The translations under genes and the position numbers were made by a program. The notes under the pieces are model-generated. The model did not search any database. It was not told the origin of the DNA and worked only from the letters and a program-made list of their open reading frames with translations. From positions 1 to 27,166 of IMG/VR virus record IMGVR_UViG_3300002301_000053: 27,166 nucleotides of DNA; one strand, 5' to 3'. This document shows positions 1-6,977 of this stretch, piece after piece. How positions within the stretch are numbered: the stretch's first letter is position 1; every line of letters begins with the position of its first letter. The DNA comes from a virus. Its lineage: Duplodnaviria; Caudoviricetes.

Positions 1-572
1 TCAATATTTTCACCAAAAGCCAATTTCATAATATCATGATTTGGTTTTCCATTATCCAGAATGAATTTAGCTTTTGCGCCTCGGCGTAGACGCAAAGCAA
101 TATCATTCCATTCCCACTCTGTAACTGCGCTAAGAAATTTGTGTTCAGCATAATCACGACAGAAAATAAGGCATAATATTACGATAGATTTTTTCATGGC
201 TTCATCATCACCGGCTAATATTTCAGCCTCGCTTATCAGTTTTGGTAAAAGGGCTTGTTTAAAAGCCTGGATTGGAGCCTCTTGAAATGAAACATATATA
301 TATTCTTTTTTCTTGAAAGACCTTGTTCCTCCTTTTCCTAATAGGCCAAGCCTTCTCACCCGGCTCATTATAGAATTACGGGAAAGCTTCATTTCTTGGG
401 AAATATAATTTGATGATTTTTTGTTTAGCCATAGCTCTGTTAGCCGATCATCATATTTTTTTGTCCATCTGAAATTTTGTGTTTCAATTTTATTTTCTAC
501 AAGAGGCTGAAATACAGCTTCTTCTTTTTTATCTTTAGGAAAAGTTATTATATTTTTACTATAACCTAACAT
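1..572 (-). CDS. Protein with GcrA-like N-terminal helix-turn-helix domain (3'-partial, >190 aa)
   Basis: Manual translation from ATG 572 (TAATG overlap with the upstream stop) is open to the window edge. It contains WTKKYDDRLTELWLNKKSSNYISQEMKLSRNSIMSRVRRLGL, matching the GcrA pattern WTDERVxxLxxLWxxGxSASQIAxxLGxxSRNAVIGKVHRLGL. Confidence 0.75.
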   Translation of the reverse strand, partial: MLGYSKNIITFPKDKKEEAVFQPLVENKIETQNFRWTKKYDDRLTELWLNKKSSNYISQEMKLSRNSIMSRVRRLGLLGKGGTRSFKKKEYIYVSFQEAPIQAFKQALLPKLISEAEILAGDDEAMKKSIVILCLIFCRDYAEHKFLSAVTEWEWNDIALRLRRGAKAKFILDNGKPNHDIMKLAFGENI

Positions 573-883
573 TATATATCCCTCACCCTCCGGTCCAAAA
601 CCTTCTGCCAAGCTGCCGCCCTCTTAGCCGCAATACTGATGAACACCGAGCAACACACGCGCTCTGCCTCCGTGCGGCAATCGGATAGCGCCATTATGGG
701 GGCGGCTAGGTGGTCGATGGGGTTAGGCCGCACATTTTGATCTTCCTTCAATTCTTCGAGTTCCAATTGAGTTTCTATAGCGTCACGAAGCAACCATCTC
801 AAACGGGTTAAGCCTTCGCGGGTTATTGTGACTAAGCTATGTTCGGCATTGTACGCGGCTATGGAGGGAGGGAGTTTTTTCAT
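572..883 (-). CDS. Hypothetical phage protein (103 aa)
   Basis: ORF coupled to neighbours on both sides by start/stop overlaps. No recognisable motif. Confidence 0.6.
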   Translation of the reverse strand: MKKLPPSIAAYNAEHSLVTITREGLTRLRWLLRDAIETQLELEELKEDQNVRPNPIDHLAAPIMALSDCRTEAERVCCSVFISIAAKRAAAWQKVLDRRVRDI

Positions 884-1086
884 CCGTTATCCCTTCTTAC
901 ATCAAATTCTAACTCAATTGCTGCCCTTAAATTCTCTAATGCTTTAGCAATAAAAGCTCCAGCGTAAGCTATTGCATAGGCTTGTTGGTCTATTTTTTCA
1001 GTTTTACAATTCTTTATTATTTCATTGGCCACGTCTTCTGCCAATTGATGATAAGTGCATTCGAGATTATGAGACATATCAATCAT
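880..1086 (-). CDS. Hypothetical phage protein (68 aa)
   Basis: Starts immediately after the helicase stop and has an ATGA overlap with the next gene. Confidence 0.6.
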   Translation of the reverse strand: MIDMSHNLECTYHQLAEDVANEIIKNCKTEKIDQQAYAIAYAGAFIAKALENLRAAIELEFDVRRDNG

Positions 1087-2403
1087 CTATTCCCCCCATT
1101 CCACCGCATACCCCAACTTAGCAGCCAGCATTTTTCGACCCTCATGCAAATCCGGCAAGTCATAGCAACGTGCTATGCCCTTATTGATACTTTTTAGGTT
1201 TGTTCCAACGCTGTCATTCAATCGACGCGGCAACCAGTCCTCCGTTTCGCGTTTATTGATCTTCATGCGCTCACACCATGCGATATATGAGTTATAGAAA
1301 TTCTTGGTTGCTATCTGAAAAGGCCATTCTTGCTCATCAATCATCCCCGAAGTTAAAACGGCTCTCCACCATTGGATATAATGGGGAAGATTTTGGTCTA
1401 TCTGTTCGGTTAACGCCTTGGTTTTAATAGTTAACTTAATTGTATCCTCGTTATATTTCCTGTTTGCCAGCAAGTGCATAAGGGCTTGATAACCGCCATT
1501 TTTAAGTTGTGTTTCTATCGCCCGGAAATACTCAAGATTATTTTTGCAATTGGCGGATACCCGGAGAACCATCCACCGCCTGTCATGGACGCTGGCCTTA
1601 AGCGTGTGTTGTTCATTCGATGCCATGATAATCCGGTGGTAACTTGAAACCTCCCGCATAGACCTTCCCTTTGGCTCTATATTGATCGTGGGTTCGCTAA
1701 TCATGCTCTTGGCATAGGAATATGCCTCCCGGTCTGTAATCGCTCCCTCGTCCAAAAAAAGCATGAGTTTGTCCTCAAGATGGGAGTTGAATTGTCCAAG
1801 TAATTGCTTGGGCTTGTTGAATGCAGCGTAATGATTGCCAAACAGCTTACCAAAATGGGTTGCAAAAAAGCCCTTACCCGTTCCTTCTTCCGCGCTTTCG
1901 AGAAGAACGGCAGTCCAGTTCTTTCGATGGGGCCTTTGGATTGCATCCGCCATCCAATCGAGTAACCAATTGTAATTAATATCATCTTCAGCGCATATGT
2001 TCACCCGCATATGGTCTAGAAAAAGGCTGCAATCGCCTTGTAATGGCTCAAAAGCATAGCCGCGCCACAGGTTGTAAACATTTCTATCGGATGTATCCCC
2101 AGGATAAAACACAACATCGTCATATTCGCGGCGCTTACGCCATTGAAGCCAGCGAGCAGCAATCTCAATGGGTTTTTTGCCTTTTTCGAGGATAAGCCGG
2201 TTTGCAAGCAGGGAGCGGAAAGTGTCTGTCGTCAGGTATTTAATAGGGTTTTCATCAAGCTTGAGAATGCAAATATTATTTCCGTAAAGTGTTATTGCAT
2301 ATGATTTATTTATGGCATTTAGAGCGATTTCAAGTTGTTTGTCAGCATAACCGCTTACATCAACTGACGTTATATCTATGGGATCGTTCTCGCTACTATC
2401 CAT
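1087..2403 (-). CDS. SF3-like replicative helicase (DUF5906 / primase-associated P-loop NTPase)
   Basis: Walker A EEGTGKG, Walker B LFLDEG, motif C IMASN, arginine finger DRR. Upstream YNLWRG and WLLDWMADAIQRP motifs are typical of this family. GGAG Shine-Dalgarno. Confidence 0.85.
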   Translation of the reverse strand: MDSSENDPIDITSVDVSGYADKQLEIALNAINKSYAITLYGNNICILKLDENPIKYLTTDTFRSLLANRLILEKGKKPIEIAARWLQWRKRREYDDVVFYPGDTSDRNVYNLWRGYAFEPLQGDCSLFLDHMRVNICAEDDINYNWLLDWMADAIQRPHRKNWTAVLLESAEEGTGKGFFATHFGKLFGNHYAAFNKPKQLLGQFNSHLEDKLMLFLDEGAITDREAYSYAKSMISEPTINIEPKGRSMREVSSYHRIIMASNEQHTLKASVHDRRWMVLRVSANCKNNLEYFRAIETQLKNGGYQALMHLLANRKYNEDTIKLTIKTKALTEQIDQNLPHYIQWWRAVLTSGMIDEQEWPFQIATKNFYNSYIAWCERMKINKRETEDWLPRRLNDSVGTNLKSINKGIARCYDLPDLHEGRKMLAAKLGYAVEWGE

Positions 2404-2500
2404 GCGGGTAATCTCCAGAAGGAAGGCGTCCAGCGGTAAGGCTGTCTGGAGTCGAAGCCAAGGATAGCGAATCCCTGTCCCAAACTGGACGGACAGGGAT
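2404..2500 (-). ncRNA. Putative structured 5' leader / antisense-type regulatory RNA upstream of the helicase gene
   Basis: Three overlapping complementary pairs: 2471-2480/2491-2500 (10 bp perfect), 2427-2433/2485-2491 (7 bp) and 2413-2419/2445-2451 (7 bp, covering the Shine-Dalgarno). Confidence 0.45.
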
Positions 2501-2577
2501 ATATCACAAAACTTTTATGGTGTCTTTATTGTTCCGTTTGCGAAACAGTATTTTTTTTAACATCTGCATCAAAATCT

Positions 2578-2725
2578 CGAATGGTATGGTTATGAGATTA
2601 CGGCCATAACGACCATTTCAACCATTTACCCATTTTTTCGCTCCACCCCCTCCTTATATTATATATATTATCTTCTTTATATAATATAATATATAAGATA
2701 GATGTAATGGTAGGTAATGGTATGA
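2578..2725. other. Candidate phage replication origin (AT-rich core flanked by inverted short repeats)
   Basis: Nearly pure A/T tract 2654-2700 with a 12-bp inverted repeat (2654-2665/2678-2689). ACCATT-like repeats on the left (2612, 2621, 2628) and AATGGT on the right (2706, 2716). Lies next to the helicase gene. Confidence 0.5.
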
Positions 2726-2827
2726 AATCGTTAAGAAATTTTGTTCCACCCATCCTCTAAATGCCTGTAAATATGGGTGTTTTAGGTGGTTTTTGGAGTT
2801 AAAATACGATAGATAAAATGCAATCTA

Positions 2828-3022
2828 TTAACCTTTAGGGGGAAGGCACGGCTCGATTATCTCATAATACGCAACCGCCAGCCGATAGAGCAAAGGAAGG
2901 CTAGGGAGAGCTTCTGTGAGGTAGAGGGTAGATCGGGCACACCCGAAGCGTTTAGCGCCCTCAGCGCCCGTCCAGCCGCGAAGAATGCGCCATTGGCGAA
3001 GCTGGGGGCCTGTGGTTAGCAT
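2828..3022 (-). CDS. Small XRE/Cro-family helix-turn-helix regulator (64 aa)
   Basis: QLRQWRILRGWTGAEGAKRFGCARSTL fits the XRE HTH pattern. Start moved to ATG 3022 (AAGGTG SD). The longer track start would cross a terminator and overlap the upstream gene. Confidence 0.7.
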   Translation of the reverse strand: MLTTGPQLRQWRILRGWTGAEGAKRFGCARSTLYLTEALPSLPLLYRLAVAYYEIIEPCLPPKG

Positions 3023-3036
3023 GATTGCACCTTTGG

Positions 3037-3066
3037 AAAGAAAAAGCCGGGGATACCGCCCCGGCT
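3037..3066 (-). terminator. Rho-independent terminator
   Basis: On the minus strand AGCCGGGG-cggtat-CCCCGGCT followed by TTTTCTTT, just after the stop of 3078..3752. Confidence 0.75.
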
Positions 3067-3077
3067 CGGTAGTATGA

Positions 3078-3752
3078 TTAAGCAGAGTTTTTCTTGCTAT
3101 TTTTGGCGTCTTTAAATTTGAGCCATGCTGGAAAGGGTTTACCGGCTGTACTTTCACAGCGCATGGGCATAATCAATCCGAATGCTTCAAAATGCCCAGG
3201 TTTATCGCAACAAAAGGCCATAGGAGACTTATTACTTTCGTTTTGGAAGATAGTTAATCCGTTCACATCGCCAGCTAACGTTCCTAAGATGGCGGGATTG
3301 AAAGTTGATACGTTTTCGTTGCCCTTGGCTGGATAGTTGTTAGCATCGGGAATAACGCGAGCATAATCAGGAAATGTCCCGTCAATCGGAACATATCTCA
3401 TTATGTTTTCTATCGCTCCGAAGGCTACATCGAAATCTTCGAGGCTTGGTGTTGTCCGGGTATCATAAACCCCGATTTCTTTCTTATCGGTTTCAATAAG
3501 AACGGAGGCAGTTCTTTGCTTTGTTCCACCCTTTAACGCTTTGATTATGTGTGCAGGAAGAATGAAGCTATCGAAGCCCTTTAACTCTGTTTCTTCCGGC
3601 TTGACCACGATGAGTTTATGGCCATCAGTTGCAGCAAGTACACCATTTATAGCGTCAAAGAATACGCCTTTAAGATAATAGCGCGTTCCCTCATTTAAGC
3701 TAAACTTGTTAGCGGCTTTTAGGGTATTGAGAGTGACGATGATCTTAGCCAT
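3078..3752 (-). CDS. DNA polymerase III beta-clamp-like protein (truncated, central/C-terminal domains only)
   Basis: DnaN signature segments TRYYLKGV, ATDGHKL, GTFPDYARVIP and LIMPMR in only 224 aa. GAGG SD. Confidence 0.8.
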   Translation of the reverse strand: MAKIIVTLNTLKAANKFSLNEGTRYYLKGVFFDAINGVLAATDGHKLIVVKPEETELKGFDSFILPAHIIKALKGGTKQRTASVLIETDKKEIGVYDTRTTPSLEDFDVAFGAIENIMRYVPIDGTFPDYARVIPDANNYPAKGNENVSTFNPAILGTLAGDVNGLTIFQNESNKSPMAFCCDKPGHFEAFGLIMPMRCESTAGKPFPAWLKFKDAKNSKKNSA

Positions 3753-3793
3753 TTCATAACCTCATGCTTGTGTTGAAGAAGACTTGATGACCT

Positions 3794-3822
3794 AACTTAC
3801 CAACTGTCCGATAATAGGACAA
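3794..3822 (-). promoter_or_regulatory. Putative sigma70 leftward promoter with overlapping inverted-repeat operator
   Basis: Minus strand TTGTCC-N17-TAAGTT. Inverted repeat TGTCC-N7-GGACA (3805-3821) overlaps the -35 and spacer. Confidence 0.45.
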
Positions 3823-3885
3823 GTACAATGTGAGCAAGATTGTTGCGTTGTTGTACGGTTTTAGGACATAGGGGCACCTATCAAT

Positions 3886-3913
3886 TTGATATGTGTACCT
3901 ATATAACTATAGT
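3886..3913 (+). promoter_or_regulatory. Putative sigma70 rightward promoter for the packaging/morphogenesis operon
   Basis: TTGATA-N16-TATAGT, about 45 bp upstream of ATG 3959. Confidence 0.35.
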
Positions 3914-3958
3914 GATTAGCATCTTGCAAAAATGCACAAGAGGGATTAAATTAAGAAA

Positions 3959-4231
3959 ATGGCTAAACGATACAATCTCAACCATAATGCCGATATTAGG
4001 GCAAAAATTGGAAGTATCCACCTTGCTAAACGTTTGGAAAAACACGCAAATGGTGAACTTGAACTTTCTTCAACTCAAATTCAGGCGGCTAAAATTCTAT
4101 TAGCAAAGACAATTCCTGATCTATCAGCTATTACTCTCTCAGGAGATCAAGAAAATCCCATTGTTCACACACTTGCTCAATCCGATCAGGAAATTCTCAA
4201 TCGCTATCTCACTCAAAAGGAAAATAAATGA
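3959..4231 (+). CDS. Putative terminase small subunit
   Basis: First gene of the late operon. The sequence IRAKI..LAKRLEKHANGELELSSTQIQAAKILLAKTIPDL and the C-terminal LSGDQENPI motif are typical of small terminases. Confidence 0.65.
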   Translation: MAKRYNLNHNADIRAKIGSIHLAKRLEKHANGELELSSTQIQAAKILLAKTIPDLSAITLSGDQENPIVHTLAQSDQEILNRYLTQKENK

Positions 4232-4530
4232 ATAATTCGGAATTGAAGAAAGCCTATGAACATCTCCAATTGCAAAATAAAGGCGCATTACGCGAACTCG
4301 ATAAAGTCACAGAGCAACTTGCTGAAGCGCAGAAAATAGCAACGAAGCTGAAAGAAAAATTAGAGAAGAAAAAATATTCGGAGCAGCTTTGCGGATGGGC
4401 ATTTGACCGGGCAACGGAGGTTGCAAAGCATCACAAGGACACACAAAATCTTGCAGACATTTTTACCAATGCCGAATCCATCCTTGGTTGGGTTGATAAA
4501 ATTTCTACAAGCGAACCGGAGGAAAAATGA
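4228..4530 (+). CDS. Hypothetical protein with N-terminal coiled coil
   Basis: AAGGA SD, ATGA overlap with the next gene, heptad-rich N-terminal half. Confidence 0.65.
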   Translation: MNNSELKKAYEHLQLQNKGALRELDKVTEQLAEAQKIATKLKEKLEKKKYSEQLCGWAFDRATEVAKHHKDTQNLADIFTNAESILGWVDKISTSEPEEK

Positions 4531-4964
4531 ACATCAATGAACTCAGCCAGCGCGATCCGAAGGATTTGAAAAAGTTGGCATTGCAATATGGAATCCATGT
4601 TGATTTGCGGAAAGTAGATGCCGCTGCGATTGCGCGTATGATTGTAGATGTTATTCAAAACAAGCCCAAGGAACTGAAACATCCAACGCAAGAACCAAAG
4701 GAAGCTGCTGTTTGCAATACAGAAGAAGAAATTCGCGCAGCCATCAAGCCTTATACTGATAAAGGCTTGGAAGCTATTTTCCCCGGCGATAATACCTGGT
4801 GGTTTAAGTATAAAGGTGCGGAAGAAGCTGGTCATATGAGCGTTGCCTTACGCCGCATTAAGACAGCAGCGCAGACCGTTTCACGCGGAGCCTATGTCAT
4901 GCGCGGCCTCAAGGATAAACAGCTTAACTCAACGGCCAATAGTGGTCTTGTGATGATGGTGTAA
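4527..4964 (+). CDS. Hypothetical protein, Rho-N/HeH-like N-terminus; paralog of 4984..5361
   Basis: GGAGG SD. LSQRDPKDLKKLALQYGI motif. Aligns by eye with the next ORF. Confidence 0.65.
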   Translation: MNINELSQRDPKDLKKLALQYGIHVDLRKVDAAAIARMIVDVIQNKPKELKHPTQEPKEAAVCNTEEEIRAAIKPYTDKGLEAIFPGDNTWWFKYKGAEEAGHMSVALRRIKTAAQTVSRGAYVMRGLKDKQLNSTANSGLVMMV

Positions 4965-4983
4965 TTTTTATGCCAGGTAAGAT

Positions 4984-5361
4984 ATGGCTGACACGCTTGA
5001 TAAAAAATCCATTCACGATCTGCGTATCATCGCACAGTCTTTTGGAATCAAGGATATTTTTTCAAAAGACGCCATTCATCTGCGGCAAGAAATTGAGTTA
5101 AAGCAAGATAATATAATTCCAAAACCACTCGCACTTCCTCCAAAACCTCATTATGATGCAAGATTGATGACGGAAGCACCAAGCGCACGAGGCAGTCTGG
5201 AAGAAATCACGGATTTGCTCGCACCATTTATTAAATTGGGCCTTCATCTAAAATTCGACGAGGAAAACTGGTCAATGGTGCATGGCAAGAAAAACGATAG
5301 CGGCACAATCCGAATGCCACTTAGAACAATTCTAAATTGTGCTCAGCGTGTTATGTCGTGA
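4984..5361 (+). CDS. Hypothetical protein, Rho-N/HeH-like N-terminus; paralog of 4527..4964
   Basis: LDKKSIHDLRIIAQSFGI motif. AGGT SD. GTGA overlap with terminase large. Confidence 0.65.
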   Translation: MADTLDKKSIHDLRIIAQSFGIKDIFSKDAIHLRQEIELKQDNIIPKPLALPPKPHYDARLMTEAPSARGSLEEITDLLAPFIKLGLHLKFDEENWSMVHGKKNDSGTIRMPLRTILNCAQRVMS

Positions 5362-6896
5362 TAACAGATTACGAAGCTATGAATGCGGTATGTCGTGAAC
5401 GTCTTGTTGCCTTTACCGAAAAATCATTTTCCATTATTGAGCCTACTACTCCGTTTCAATATAATTGGCATTTTGAGTGCGTTGCTGAGCACCTCCAAGC
5501 CGTATGGGACAGAGAAATCCAGCATCTCATTATCAATATGCCGCCACGAACTTATAAAACCGGCAGTACATGCGTTTCATTTCCAGCATGGGGACTTGGC
5601 AAAAATCCGGCGATAAAATTCATGCTGACGAGTTTCAAAGCCGGGCTTGCCGAGAAAATGACACGGCGAACGCGCTCTATTATGAAATCAAATTGGTATC
5701 AGGATTGTTTCCCAACCACAAAGTTATCCGATGAACTCAATCGCCAATATTATTTCGAGACAACGGCAACAGGACAATATTTTTCCAGTGCGATGGCAAA
5801 TGCTACAGGTGAGGGATGTGATATTCAGCTTTGCGACGATCCACTTTCCCCTGATGAGGCTCTATCCGACAATGTGCGCGAAAGCACGAATGAGACGATA
5901 CGCGGGACGCTATTCAGCCGGTTTAATGATCCGCGTACTGGAAGATTTATTCTCATCATGCATCGGCTTCACGATGATGATCCGACAGGAAATCTCCTAA
6001 AAGAACAAGGCTGGTATCATCTTAAACTGCCAGCAGAAGCTAAAACAAAGTCCTACCACTATAAAATTCGCGGCAAGGAATGGAATTTGCCAGAAGGCGA
6101 TTTACTTTTCCCTGCCCGTTTTACGCCTGATGTACTTGCGCGATCACGCCAGCTTTTGGGGGATTATTCTTATGCCGGGCAATATCTTCAGGAGCCTGTC
6201 CCTATCGGGGGCGGCTTAATCAACGTCCATTGGTTGCAATACTATGCACCTGGAAGTGTAAAGCCAAAGACTATGAATCTTGTAATCCTTGTTGATCCTG
6301 CTGGTGGTGATGAAGATGAGAAAGAAAAAAAGGACAAGAAATCCGATTGGACGGCTATGGTCGTCGTCGGGCTTGGAACGGATAATAACTATTATGTACT
6401 TGATATTATTCGGGATAGACTTAATCCAACTGAACGGATTAACATCCTGTTTGCCCTTCATCGCAAATGGAATGGCTTAACGGGTAAAAGCCCGAAGGTT
6501 GGGTATGAGAAATACTCGATGCAATCCGATATTCATTACATCCGCGAGAAGAAAAAGCAGGACGCTTATCATTTCCCGCTCGTCACGCTGGCTGGCCCAA
6601 AATCAAAAACTGCGCGAGTCAGTCGTCTCGTGCCTGATATTCAGAATGGGCGGTTTTATTTGCCTCAATCGTTGATTTATATAGATGGGGAGGGCCGAAA
6701 TTGGGATTTGGTACAGGAGCTAATCAACGTTGAAATTAAAACCTTTCCCATGTCAAAATATGATGATATGATTGACGCGCTGTCCCGCGTTTACGAGCCG
6801 GAACTCAACATGGCATTTCCCAAACCAAAACAAACAATGGCGCAGAAAGCGATACGCGGGCTAAATACGCCATCGGATAATTGGGAGAGTTGGTAA
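5358..6896 (+). CDS. terL: Terminase large subunit
   Basis: ATPase motifs INMPPRTYKT, LCDDP and IMHRLHDDD, then GQYLQEP. RNase H-like nuclease motifs VDPA..SDWTA and YDDMIDALS. Start likely GTG 5358 (GTGA coupling) rather than 5337. Confidence 0.93.
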   Translation: MITDYEAMNAVCRERLVAFTEKSFSIIEPTTPFQYNWHFECVAEHLQAVWDREIQHLIINMPPRTYKTGSTCVSFPAWGLGKNPAIKFMLTSFKAGLAEKMTRRTRSIMKSNWYQDCFPTTKLSDELNRQYYFETTATGQYFSSAMANATGEGCDIQLCDDPLSPDEALSDNVRESTNETIRGTLFSRFNDPRTGRFILIMHRLHDDDPTGNLLKEQGWYHLKLPAEAKTKSYHYKIRGKEWNLPEGDLLFPARFTPDVLARSRQLLGDYSYAGQYLQEPVPIGGGLINVHWLQYYAPGSVKPKTMNLVILVDPAGGDEDEKEKKDKKSDWTAMVVVGLGTDNNYYVLDIIRDRLNPTERINILFALHRKWNGLTGKSPKVGYEKYSMQSDIHYIREKKKQDAYHFPLVTLAGPKSKTARVSRLVPDIQNGRFYLPQSLIYIDGEGRNWDLVQELINVEIKTFPMSKYDDMIDALSRVYEPELNMAFPKPKQTMAQKAIRGLNTPSDNWESW

Positions 6897-6977
6897 TGGT
6901 TTATTTTATTTCAATAATTAGCTTTATTTATCTGATTTTTGCATTATTGATTGTGCGAGAAATTTGTGAGGCTCAAG

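Noticed and set aside
3023-3157. N-terminal extension of the HTH ORF given in the track (2828..3157)
   Set aside because: It crosses a terminator and overlaps the clamp-like gene. ATG 3022 has an SD and yields a compact XRE domain.
6897-6977. AT-rich terL-portal gap as a promoter or terminator
   Set aside because: Only a weak TTATT-tc-AATAA palindrome and no well-spaced -35/-10 pair or GC stem.
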